Positions 52,160 through 64,000 of a stretch of DNA of 64,000 nucleotides are shown piece by piece. Position 1 is the first letter of the stretch; every line of letters begins with the position of its first letter. This DNA comes from Octopus sinensis. Taxonomy: Eukaryota. The translations under genes were made by a program, and so were the position numbers. The DNA lies in assembly GCF_006345805.1 (NCBI RefSeq), contig NC_042997.1, positions 91,388,001-91,452,000 of the forward strand, read 5' to 3'. The notes under the pieces were generated by a model. It was not told the origin of the DNA. It made no database searches and worked only from the letters and a program-made list of their open reading frames with translations.

Positions 52160-54950
52160 CAAAACCTGTGAAAATGACAAGACCAAAAAGATTTCTTCAA
52201 TTTCAAATCAACCACAGTTAATTGATTCTGCAACATTACACCATCCTTTAACTTCTCTAGTAGCTGATGTTATGCAACGTACAGAATTTGATGTGTTTCA
52301 CAAACTTGATTTATTGGGGTTAGATATGGTGCCATGTCAACCCAAATTGTATGTGTATCATCCTAAACAATATGGTTAAAAATGAAACTTCTGTTAGAAT
52401 TCTCAGTTTAGTCTAAGGCAGCTTTCTGCTATTGTTGTCATCATTTTTGTATGTCCCAGAATGCTGATAATAGTTTTGAAGTTGAAGGATATACTGACTG
52501 ACATAATGCTTAGTCAAAAAGCAAAGGTTTTAACAGGTATGAGAATTCTGTTGCACATAAAAGTGCTGGGAAAGTTTGCAGTGAAAGGCAGAAACACAGT
52601 CCAGCTAATCAGAATGTATCTACAATGGTGAATGAAAATGAGTTGAAAACAAAAACAGTATTACTTACAATCTGTTGTAGATGTGATTCAGTTTTTATGT
52701 GATAATGAACTTACACTTTGGGGTGATTACAATGAAAATATCACCTGTCTTGACAACGACAATAAGAATGAAGTTTCTGAACTATTTTTTACATCCTTTT
52801 GAATATACTCTAACAAAAAATTCCAAATTAAAAGAAATATTTTCAACAGAACCTAAAAATGTGTCATTCACATCTGTTATAATGAAAAATGAAATTATAC
52901 AACTTATGAAACGTTGTTTTGAATCAAATTGGAGATGATATTCATCACTCAGATATCCCTTTCTTTACAATTAAATGTGATGAAACTTGTGAACCTACCT
53001 CAATAATTGTTAGGTTTGTATAAACATGGAGTGTGTCAGAAAATCTTATTGCTCTAACTGTAAGCCAAGACTCTGAATCTGAAACTTTGGCTAATGCAAT
53101 TATTCAAAGCATTGAAGATGCTGGACTAAAGCCAGAAAGTATTTTAACTCAGTGCTATGATAGTGTCTCAGTAATGTCTGGCTGTGGTGGTGGTGTTCAG
53201 AAAATAACACAACAGAAAATTGGAAAAGAAATTCTGTATGTGTCTTACTTCAATCATCATCATTATCATTTAGCATCCGTTTTCCATACTGGCATGGGTT
53301 AAACAGATTGATTGGAATTGGTAAGCCAGAGAGCTGCACCAGGCCCTAGTCTGTTTTGGTTTGGTTTCTATGGCTGTATGCTCTTTCTAAAGCCAGCCAC
53401 TCCATGGTGTTTACTGGGTCTCTTTTACGTGTCCCCGGCATGGGTACCTTTTACGTGTCTCCTGCACAAGTGCCTTTCCTGTCTGACCAATATGGGTGCC
53501 CCACACACGTCACTGGCATCAGTGCCTTTCACTTGTCACCAGCACTGGCCATGACTAAGATTTCATTTAGCTTGATGTGTCAGTTGCATTTGCTTGTAGT
53601 TCCTGCAGTTGAAGAGATTAGTGAAATAAAATAGTTTGTTTTTTTTTAATTTGTAAAGCTCTTTATAACTTTCTGCATAGACCAAAGTTGTTTACTGCTT
53701 GCAAAGGTACACATTTGAAGCACTTATTGGAACAACAGTAGTCAGCGCATCTCACAATATGCATTGATCATGAACACATAGTGCAAGTACTTTGAGATGC
53801 AGAACATGACAGTTCCGACATAAACATCTGGATTGAGGCAACTGGTATTTTCAAACAGATTACTCACCTCAAATTTATTTTCATTGTCATTCTTGAAGAT
53901 ATTCTGAAGATTCTTGATGTGCCAAATAAATTGTTACAACATCACCACTATGATTTGTTTGAATGAGTACATCTAATAAATACTGTACTGAATATTTTGA
54001 AAGAAATGAGAATAGACAGGGGAAAATTTCAGAGCAACTTCTCTCTTGGTAAATCATTTAATTTAGGTGATGATCATTCCATTCCTTTTGAACACATTCA
54101 CAGAGTTCAGTGTATTACAGAATCATCAGTTATAGTGTCAACACTGGATCATCAAGAGTCTGATAACAAATATGAATACTCAATAATGTTTTAGAATTGG
54201 CAGAGTTTATATTCTATTTATTTTTTTTTAGCAATTTCTTCAGATTTCTGTCAAAAACAGGGAAAATTATGGTACTATAAAAGAAGTATACCGCTTCTTA
54301 TTTAACCATAAATCCTAATCTTAACTTTAAACCTACACAATAAACTTAAAGCATAACCATAAAAGCTTAAACCGTACACCTTAACAAGTTACAGCTTGAT
54401 GCATTTTTCAAAATAGAGTCAGGGAAACAAAAATAGAAAGCATTTTTGTGTAATCATCTCCAATGTTTAAAACAGTTCTAAAAGAATGTTAAAAAAAGGT
54501 TAAAAATGAAATGTTACAGCTAGTTGCTTACAAGGAGGAGGAAGTTTAAAAAAGTAGAAATTAAAAGAATTTTTACTGGTTTGTAATCAATCTTTAAAAC
54601 ATAAAATTAATGAAATTGTCAAAAACATTTACAGCAATACACTTATTCAGAAACTCTACATTACTATTATTAAAAATTAGTGTCCACCCAGAATATTATG
54701 AAGCATCCCGAAGCACCGAAGTCTGGTAATGGGTCTGTATAAGCACTCTGCAATTGAGAAGTCTTGCTATCCTGTCTATAGAATAATTGACAGATGATAT
54801 AGACTTAGACAATTTATTAGAACATTGTGCCTAATTTTTCACTTCAGACATAAGCCTAGTGTTTTCATTTTTACATACATATTTTTCTCTATATTCCATA
54901 TTCCTGTTTTGTTTCAGTATGCTTGATGTGTATTGTAAGGTGTTTTTTGT
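52160..54950 (+). mobile_element. Decayed hAT (ZMYM/Tip100-like) transposase, interrupted by an RTE tail
   Basis: AAFCYCCHHF; ETLANAII..LTQCYDSVSVMSG.GGGVQK...LYV.YFNH (equivalent to QCYDGASVMSG..GVQ..YVHC.NH); C-terminal SLAILSIE..IDLDNL. Confidence 0.8.
53255..53575 (-). mobile_element. Solo RTE 3' tail inside the hAT remnant
   Basis: (CAT)n..TTTAGCATCCGTTTTCCATACTGGCATGGGTT. Confidence 0.8.
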
Positions 54951-55848
54951 ACATAACAAGGGTAGCAAACTCAAGGAACATAATGAGTTGCACAAACTAT
55001 AGTTGAGCCATTGTATGAACAATAGCAAAGATAAAGTAAAAGTAAAATTAAAAATCACTGGACAATCACAAGTTAATTCTGATCCATGCTGCCTTAAACT
55101 CTCCTGCAAAGCATAAATAACATACTCACTGTTTTCTCAAAGAGCTGACAGTCTCCATTGAAATATATTTTCTGTTTCACATACACCCTCATAACTAGTA
55201 CAAGATTTCCTTTTTATTCATTGTTTTTGCCACTGTAACACAGAGGAACATTACCTACAAACAATTTCAGAATAACATTCTTCTTCCAGATATGTGATTC
55301 TTGATTTACATATTAATACCAAAGACCTTCTCTCATTCATTTCCAACAATCGTAATGAGATAGATCTCTTCTAGATCAGTTTCAGCTATTCCTCTTCAAC
55401 ATTTCTGCGCCGCAACAACAGGTTCTTATGCACAATTAAATGCTTTTGCTCATGCGTATACACACACACACACACACACACATTTTCACACTCGCTATTT
55501 CACTATGCTGTTGCAACGTAGACCAAGCCCTTTGTTACATAGGTCAAATGTAGATGGCTGACTACTGTTACATAAAATTTTATAGTATTTGATTTAACAT
55601 TATAACATTCAGACACAAACAAAAAAAAAAGCCAAACAACTCACCAGCCCAACTGATTTTCACTGTTCCCAGTTTAAAGCATTTTATAAATATAATGTAT
55701 CAGATTAGACATTTGTTTCACTGAAACTTAGCATATGAGCTGATATTCAACAGGTTTATCTGTCTACCAGGCCTATTTCTATTCTATCTACCAGCCTGCA
55801 ATTTCTAACTGGCTGACCTAAATTCAATTTCAGAGCAGCCAGAACATA

Positions 55849-55893
<45 letters not shown>

Positions 55894-56069
55894 TGTGTGT
55901 GTGTATGTATGTACGTGTGTTTGTATATATATATATATATATATATACATGTGTATATATATGTGTGTGTGTGTAAATCATCTAAGAATCCATAAGTCAG
56001 GAAAAATGCTATTGTATATCTGTCAATAGAGACGGTATATTATCTGAAGTGTACAGTATTATATATCCA

Positions 56070-56463
56070 CTAGCAGTATCGCCCGGCGTTGCTCGGGTTT
56101 GTAAGGGAAATAACTATATAAGCATTTTTAGAGATGTAAAGTATAATAGCCATCTCAATATGGCTAACCACAAAGCGGGATGTTACTGTAGCTTTTTACG
56201 TTCTGAGATTTAATAATACATTTTTAGAGAGTTTATTCCCTTATATAATAGCAAAGAAATGCATTTTAAATGGGAAAAAATGATGGTAAATTTTTTTTTA
56301 AATCGTAGACTCATCGTAGACGCACACTAATACCCAGAAGGCTTGATATGAATCATGACTATAAGATACCCGCTTTTGGTTACACTGCACCGCAAAATGT
56401 GGGAGTAGTTAGGAATCTAAATCGTAGGAGACAGACACACAACTTCACTTTTATATATAAAGA
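56070..56463 (-). mobile_element. Non-autonomous Helitron, 394 bp
   Basis: On the minus strand: 5' A|TC start (TCTTTATATATAAAAGTG), subterminal hairpin CCCG-AGCAACGC-CGGG, and 3' CTAG|T end, i.e. canonical termini in an AT target. Confidence 0.88.
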
Positions 56464-56569
56464 TTACAGCTGATCTTACCCATTCAGCCATAATGGATAT
56501 ATGGATAATATAATACTGTACACTTCAGATGACACACACACACACATGCTCATATATATATGTATTACT

Positions 56570-56790
56570 CTTTACTCTTTTACTTGTTTCAGTCATTTGA
56601 CTGTGGCCATGCTGGAGCACCGCCTTTAGTCGAGCAAATCGACCCCAGGACTTGTTCTTTGTAAGCCTAGTACTTATTCTATCAGTCTCTTTTGCCAAAC
56701 CACTAAGTTACGGGAATGTAAACACACCAGCATCAGTTGTCAAGCCATGTTGGGGGGACAAACACAGACACACAAACACACACATACATA
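56570..56790 (-). mobile_element. SINE-A 3' half
   Basis: TACTCTTTTACTTGTTTCAGTCATTTGACTGTGGCCATGCTGGAGCACCGCC... Confidence 0.88.
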
Positions 56791-56990
56791 TATATATATA
56801 TAATAGAAAAGAGTGTAAAAGCTACAGAAGACTTGTGTTATAAGGTTAAAGAATATATTTCATTCACTATGTTAGAAAAATGTTATAAAATTTTGGGTAT
56901 AGTAACATAGTTTTTGGAGAAATAGCCGGTTTCGTGTAAACTTTTCAAATTTCTCAAATTTCTTTACCTACATAGTGTCATGTCTTCGTT

Positions 56991-57372
56991 GGAGGCGCAA
57001 TGGCCCAGTGGTTAGGGCAGCAGACTCGCGGTCGGAGGATCGCGGTTTCGATTCCCAGACCGGGCGTTGTGAGTGTTTATTGAGTGAAAACACCTAAAGC
57101 TCCACGAGGCTCCGGCAGGGATGGTGGTGATCCCTGCTGTACTCTTTCACCACAACTTTCTCTCACTCTTACTTCCTGTTTCTGTTGTACCTGTATTTCA
57201 AAGGGCCGGCCTTGTCACTCTCTGTGTCATGCTGAATATCCCCGAGAACTACGTTAAGGGTACACGTGTCTGTGGAGTGCTCAGCCACTTACACGTTAAT
57301 TTCATGAGCAGGCTGTTCCGTTGATTCGGATCAACCGGAACCCTCGTCGTCGTAATCGACGGAGTGCTTCCA
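56991..57372 (+). mobile_element. Full tRNA-headed SINE (family B1) with 12-bp TSD
   Basis: TSD CATGTCTTCGTT at 56979-56990 and 57373-57384; A-box TGGCCCAGTGG; B-box GGTTTCGATTCC. Confidence 0.92.
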
Positions 57373-57384
57373 CATGTCTTCGTT

Positions 57385-57755
57385 ATGTAGTGCAAAGAAG
57401 AGTTCCAGGCAGGGGAAAATAATCAGGGATTTCTTCTGGTATAAGGGAGATAATTGCTTTATATATATTTTTATTTTTTCCATGGGATGAGTTTCTTTGT
57501 ATAAGAATATTAGGATGGTTAAGTTTAGGTTTATATTTTTCAATGAAGAATGTTTCCTTGTTTAATCTAATTTGTGTTGGTGTTCCAATAGCATATTGAT
57601 AGAATGGAAAGATTAAAAATTGTGGTAGTAGTTGCTTTGTGCATTTCTCAATATGCTCACTAAAGGGTATCATTCTGTATTCTGGGAATGCAATCTGTTG
57701 TCAATGCAGAGTGCATCTGCGTCTGAGTGATAATCCCGTGGACTCTACGTAGTTT
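57385..57755 (-). mobile_element. Penelope-like GIY-YIG endonuclease C-terminus and 3' UTR, inverted
   Basis: NYVESTGLSLRRRCTLH*QQI..PEYRMIPFSEHIEKC...RLNKETFFIEKYKPKLN. Confidence 0.8.
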
Positions 57756-58990
57756 TGGTGGCAGCCCAAGCAAATACTAGAATAAGAAACACACCACACA
57801 CCAGTCACTACTACCCCATGACCCAGAATTACTGGTCCCCACCGAACACAAGACAAACACAGAGTAACACTAAGTCAAGCAACATCCCACATACAAGAAA
57901 TTCGAAACAAAAGTATATCACATACAGAAATTTTACACACATCACTTACCAAAACATCCATAGATACCCACACACACATAACAATCTGAGGCAACAATAC
58001 CACCGTTCCCCCAGAGCAATCTCACACAATCTCACAGACAACTCATACAAACAAAATTGCACCCAACATTTTTTAGCCCCAGACCTGAGACGCCAGGACA
58101 CAGGCTGGAACCTAGTAATAAGGAAAATGAAGATAATCAACCTTTCAACCAAACCTCTTTCTAACATAAAAATAGACATCCTCTCAAAAGGGCTAAAATT
58201 CACACCAACTCCATGCAGAGCCAACCAAATTGAAGCCAAGGACAATATAACAGAATTCTGCAGAAAATTAAGACTAGCAGAAGCATCAACCAGTTTCAAT
58301 ACTGAAGATGACTCACTAGTCAAAAACAAAAGTGAACACATCCCCCACAGAGGAAGAAATAAAGATCTTGACGAGTTCTTCAACCACATTGAGAACTTCC
58401 CCCACCATACTATACATAAACAGACAGTTAACTCAAATTTTAGCACTGCACAATGGAAGGAACTGATAGAACTTCAAAATGATGAAGATATAACCATCAA
58501 GGAAGCAGACAAAGGAAGTGCAGTTGTAATAATGGACACATGATACCATAGAAATCTAGTAATTTCCTTGCTTGATGACAATCAACATTATGAAAAAATC
58601 ACCAACTACACCCCGCAAAAATAATGAAAACTCTGTCCTCCTAAAGCTCTATGGAAACACAATGGGAACTACTGCCTAAAATTATCCCTTCTGAAAAAAA
58701 CTTCTGAGAACGACTATATTCACCTACCCATCACTGGATGAAATAACATGGATCTTATAATATATTATGGGAAGTCTGTACTTTATTTCCCCTTGCCATG
58801 CCCACATCATTGTACTATGATGTACTTCACTTGTATTCTCGTGTTTGCTCTTACTCTTATTCAACTCTACTCTATTTAAAAGAATAAATACACCTTATCT
58901 ATTCTTAACTGACTTTTATATGTGTTAGCCCCCTCCCCCCACCATCACTTAGACCCTCTGAAGAAGCCTTGGGGCACATCCATTATCCAA
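57755..58990 (+). mobile_element. Penelope-like element: N-terminal/RT start, internally deleted, then 3'-like sequence
   Basis: KIINLSTKPLS...ILSKGLKFTPTP...FCRKLRL...DEDITIKEADKGSAVVIMD; degenerate CTGAAGA-A-GCC-TTGG-GGC at 58958. Confidence 0.85.
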
Positions 58991-60129
58991 GCCTTGTCTG
59001 CTCATCCCTGCATAATACTGAAGAGATGGAGATAACCTGGAAGATTTCATTGCCTTTTGGCAGAAATGGCTGTAAGGAAGTAGCACCTGCACACCCATTC
59101 AGTTTTTTGTCAGTTTGCTCATTTGCTCAATTGCTCATTTGTTTCCATATGCTTACATGTGTAAAAATAACCACTTCCTTTCTCCAATTCAAAACTGGGT
59201 CTAAGGATTCTCGATCATCTGAACCACCACAGACCAACAAGCGTGAAAGGAATTTTCTTTTGTCCTGTCAAAAAAATGATAAATCATCTCCCTTTGACCT
59301 CCGACCTCAGCCATGTCCAGCAAAGTTCAATTGGACAGAAGCTGACTTATTTAGACACAATCTCCCCTGCAGTATGTCTATCCTTCTAGCTGCCATGGCT
59401 GTTATAAATACTGTGGTCAGCAAAGGGGCAAACAGAAAGACTCTGGACAGAAAGGCTCGGGACGAAGAGACAACTCACAAGATCGCTGAATACTTTCTCA
59501 GGTGAACAATGCACACACAGACACAAAACATATTCAGTTCTACGACATCATAACACAGATGAACCCTGTTTTTATTCCTCTCAACTCGTAGCAGTTGACG
59601 ACAAATACATGTAGTGAAAAATTGTGTATACCAATAGCAAATGCAAGTCCAGTAAATAAATTATTTAAACTATAAATCGATGTCATTCAATTATTTACTT
59701 CGAAGGTATCCACATGCCTATTGCATCTGTTTACCTCAACACATTCTGATACACCTTACACTACATATGTATTCACACCCTTGTTTGTGCAGTTGCCAGT
59801 TTTTTTCTACTCGAGAATCTGTACCAACTCATACATGTGTATGTATCCAATACATTTGAATAAATAGACATACTGGAATATTTACTGGCTGATTCTGTCA
59901 AGTTTTATATCCACTCTGTTTTCTTATTTGCTGTATAAATCGGGGGTATACCACTTTTTATCCCCACCTATATATAATACTCAATTGTGAGATTGCCACA
60001 CAATAACTAGCACTTGGTTATGAATAGTTGGGTACTCTACCAGCAGCATATTGGATAGGTACTATTCCTTAGTTGGTTTCTCAACCTCTAACTCGCACAG
60101 AAATATATATATATATATATTTTTTTTTT

Positions 60130-60520
60130 CTTTTACTTGTTTCAGTCATTTGACTGCGGCCATGCTGGAGCACCGCCTTTAGTCGAGCAAATCTACCCTG
60201 GGACTTATTCTTTGTAAGCCCAGTACTTATTCTATCGGTCTCTTTTGCCGAACCGCTAAGTGACGGGGACGTAAACACAGCAGCATCGGTTGTCAAGCAA
60301 TGCTAAGGGGACAAACACAGACATACAAACACACATACACACACATATATATATATATACGATGGGCTTCTTTCAGTTTCCGTCTACCAAATCCACTCAC
60401 AAGGCATTGGTCGGCCCGGGGCTATAGCAGAAGACACTTGCCCAAGATGCCACGCAGTGGGACTGAACCCGGAACTATGTGGTTGGTTAGCAAGCTACTT
60501 ACCACACAGCCACTCCTGCA
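60130..60520 (-). mobile_element. Full SINE, family A
   Basis: Reverse complement closely matches 16802-17210. Confidence 0.92.
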
Positions 60521-60562
60521 CACCTTCTCTCCTTCTTTCTGTGTTTTTTTTCTCTCTGTGTA

Positions 60563-60600
60563 TCTTTCTGTTGAAGAGCGTAGGCTCGAAACGTTAAAGA
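60563..60600 (+). ncRNA. Minimal type-I hammerhead-ribozyme-like motif
   Basis: TCTTT-CTGTTGA-A-GAGC-GTAG-GCTC-GAAACGTT-AAAGA: 5-bp stem I, 4-bp stem II, palindromic stem III (AACGTT). The core has A6U, and U at the cleavage position. Confidence 0.55.
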
Positions 60601-60697
60601 CTTGTTTTATTTATATTTCCTGAGCGCCATACTAATACAATTGTTTGTTTGTTTTCCACCTGCCTTCGTCTTTTGTCTATTTTCATAAAGCTTCCCG

Positions 60698-60767
<70 letters not shown>

Positions 60768-60949
60768 TATTGTGTCTGGACAAAGTCATTCTGTTTTAAT
60801 GCCTTATTAATTAATACACTCACTTGTTCGATGTTCACTCATTTACTTTGCTTTTTTCAACCTCTTCAATAGTTGTGTGTGCATCAGTGTGCATGTGTAT
60901 ACACATATGCATGTATGTCTCTTCTATTTTTTAATTATTATAAATCTTC

Positions 60950-61920
60950 CACTGAGGATGGAGTCGGTTTCCAACAAAGATACAAGGCTCCATCTTTGTG
61001 ATGTAGTTAACACAAACAAATTCACATTTGGAACTTAAGAAAAATTTTGCATATTTTTACTGTTCCACTCACAGATTGCACTTGTAGTGTATGAATCAGC
61101 CGGTCAATTTCTCTTTCCGAAAATCCCAGTTTATCCAGATTCTCCTTTAAGCATTTATTAACAAAACCTAGTGCTCCAATTATTATTGGTATGAATATGA
61201 ATTCATAGTCTGGATATAGAAACTGGAGGTTTTGAAGCAGTTGTCCATAGATATCCTCTTTTTCTTTGATTTTCAATGAAATATTTATATCTGCAGGGCA
61301 GCTAGTCTCTATGATAGTACATACCTTTTCCCCTCTGTCCCAAACAACCATATCCAGCCTGTTATGCTTACATTTGACAGAAGTTTTGATGGGAATATTC
61401 CACCAGTATTCCTTGTGTTGGTGTTTATGAATGTATTCCATAACAGAGTGATTTTCTAAGTTTATCTCAGGACAGTATTTTTTGTGGATGGCATTGTAAA
61501 TTGTTTTCGCAACAACATTGTGCCACATAGGGAGGTAGTACTCTGACATTTTAGGACAGCTGCTAATGACAAGCGTAATGTCTTACACAGAAACATGACA
61601 TAGCCTACACATGCGGTTCTACCTTGGGATTACAAGAGCGTCACTGTCTCGCTTGTTCACAGGTACTTTGTGGCAATCTCCTGTTCCTGGATTGCAAATC
61701 CATAGCCTTCAAAATGTGATGTGATGTAGTGGTCTTGTGTCAAAAGGAGGCTGTGCTTTGTGTCAATTCTACAGTCTTCTTCAAGCTTCCGGGCAACATA
61801 CCCATGCATAGTCTACTTTTGTATACTGAGTGCTTTCCATCTAGGTCTTTTCTGAGGTAAGAGGGCCCAGCTGTTTTGGGGCTGTATAGGAGACCATCAG
61901 GAAGAGTGTTTCTTGAGGAG
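60950..61920 (-). mobile_element. R4/Dong-like (restriction-like endonuclease) non-LTR element 3' fragment
   Basis: HGYVARKL, FAIQEQEIATKY, CRLC...ISSCP, WHNVVAKTIY, NRLDMVVWD...CTIIETSCP...KEKEDIY...PIIIGALG. Confidence 0.85.
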
Positions 61921-62344
61921 AATGTATGTATGTATATGTGCATGTATGTGTAAGCATTTATATGTGTAGCCTGTGTGCATGTTGTATGTATGTATTCTGC
62001 ATATTCATGTGTTTGTGTGTTCATGTTTGTGTGTTTGCGTGTGTGTTTGCATGTGTATTTGTGTGTGTGTGTGTGTGTATACCTCTTGTGTGTGTGCATG
62101 TTTGAGTGTGTTTATGTGTATAGGATTGTGTGACTGTGTTTATGTGTATAGGATTGTGTGACTATGCACGTGTGTCTGTTATGTATGGATGTGTGTCTTC
62201 ATATGTGCCCTTGTGTGTGTGTATATGGTCATGTGCTTCAGTCTTCTTTTGTGTATGTGTGTGTGTGTGCTTGTCTGTTATTACTTATGTACTTATCTAT
62301 CTTCTTATATATCTGTTTACTTATCCATTTACCTACTTATATAT

Positions 62345-62575
62345 ATCATCATCATCATCATCATCATTTAACGTCCGTTTTCCATGCTAGCATGGGTTGA
62401 ACGGTTCAACTGGGGTCTGGGAAGCCAGAAGGCTGTGCCAGGCCCAGTCTGATCTGGCAGTGTTTCTACAGCTGGATGCCCTTCCTAATGCCAACCACTC
62501 CGTGAGTGTAGTGGTTGCTTTTTACGTGCCACCTGCACAGGTGCCAGACGAGGCTGGCAAACGGCCACGATTGGA
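62345..62575 (-). mobile_element. Solo RTE 3' tail
   Basis: (CAT)nTTAACGTCCGTTTTCCATGCTAGC...GTGCCACCTGCACAGG..GGCAAACGGCCACG. Confidence 0.9.
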
Positions 62576-63231
62576 TGATATAGTTAATCCAAAATTGAAA
62601 ACACAAAAAGAAAACACAACAACGCGAGGACGTGGAACAAATATAGTATTATTGGATGCTCAGGAAGGAAGGGAAGAAGGAGGGTTTAACGTTTCGAGGG
62701 GAGATCTTCGTCGGAAGCATAGGAGAAGGAAAGATCCAGAGAAGGGAAGACAGAGGAAAAACAAAATCGCCAATGGTACACACGCGGTCACATATGTCTA
62801 CATAACAGTCTACTAACAAATCTACCTGTATATGTATAAACTGTGGGTACTGGGGTATCTGAGACTTGTTGTTCATCACAGTCTGCATCAACTTGTAAAC
62901 CACATAACAACATAAAAAAAATCCACTCTACTTTAATGTTATACATGTCTTAATCTGTTTGATATTAATCTGCACAAGACCAGCCCTGGTTCTACTTTAA
63001 AACATTCTACCAAATTTTAACTTATATTCCAAAAATAGATTAATTAGGCAAAGTTATTTTACTAAATTTTTCATGATTTTAAAAATTAATTGAAACAAAC
63101 GGAGTATATATATATCAACAGAGATATTGTAACAAAAGAGTAAAAGTATTGACTGGGTATATTTTATTGCACCATTAGCACAAAATAAATTGTCCCATCT
63201 GGTAGAACTAAAGATTTCTCTCTACATTGAA

Positions 63232-63312
63232 GCTGCTTACCCAAGGTGCCACACAGAATTATTGAACCCAGAACCATGTAGTTCGGAAGCACCATACAGC
63301 CATGCCGGCACC
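63232..63312 (-). mobile_element. SINE-A head remnant
   Basis: CCCAAGGTGCCACACAG..TGAACCCAGAACCATGT..CAGCCATGCC. Confidence 0.55.
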
Positions 63313-63429
63313 TCCATATAACCATTATGTTTGTTCTTCCCTAATTTAAATTGGTAGGATTTGAGGGAATTTTTTTTACTACATCTGAGCAAAGATATAT
63401 GATATTGGGCCCCAGGAACTGAATACAAA

Positions 63430-64000
63430 ATATCTGAAGAGCATTAGACAAATAAATTGACTTTTATCAGGTGGATATGTCATAAAATTAGCAAAAGATA
63501 GAGCAAAGGAAGCAATCAGGTATTAAAAGGCCTCAAATAATATGTGCAGGAAAGGCACTCGATATGAACATGCAATCCAAATGGACAATGAATGTAGGGT
63601 GAAAAATGTAACGTGCTGTCAGTAGGGTTTATTCATGGCGGAGGAAAACAGAAGGAAGGAGTGAGGTCAGATTTTACAATATTGGGCTTCACAGCTGAGG
63701 TGATGTGTGACTGAGTTGAGTAGGACTTTGCCATACTGATAATGTGTCAGCATAGAAAAATGAATGTTAAAATTAGTACTGCGTTACTGCTACTGTTGAA
63801 TATCTGTGCTTAGGAAATCACTACATCGACATAAAGTCTTCAGTTGTTCTCCAATGGCCCTGTAGGTGATGGAAAATTACTAACAGTCTCCTAAACACCC
63901 ACCACTTCGAATTAATGAAAGAACTTCTATGTAGTTTTTTGACCTGCTACAAATAGCAGCCAAAATCTCATCTTTGTCATAGCTTACTTTCTTAAAAAAG
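63430..64000 (-). mobile_element. Decayed CR1/Jockey-like RT remnant
   Basis: Minus-strand FYADTLS (a YADD-like motif) near 63750; heavily decayed. Confidence 0.35.

Overview
AT-rich, repeat-dense animal genomic DNA. The repeat families and extreme (CA)/(TA) microsatellite load suggest a cephalopod, probably Octopus (inference). One host gene is supported: a minus-strand ADF/cofilin (149 aa) with two coding exons (40321-40029 and 15887-15731) joined by a 24.1 kb phase-2 intron, with a TATA/CArG-like/AP-1 promoter near 40640-40680. That intron holds about 9 kb of compound microsatellite, oppositely oriented RTE LINE fragments and a ~960 bp near-perfect palindrome. The rest is retroelement and transposon debris: a decayed Ty3/Gypsy, a near-full-length RTE LINE whose RT contains a PHD-type finger, CR1/Jockey-like, L1/Tx1-like, R4/Dong-like and Penelope-like fragments, several tRNA-SINE families, a hAT remnant, a small Helitron and MITEs. 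The most interesting items are a 1.39 kb ORF1-only (gag/CCHC, no RT) L1/Tx1-like element with an exact 15-bp TSD inside a SINE tRNA head, several minimal hammerhead-ribozyme-like motifs, the intronic palindrome, and a dimeric higher-order minisatellite grown from the RTE 3' UTR. All alignments and counts were made by eye.
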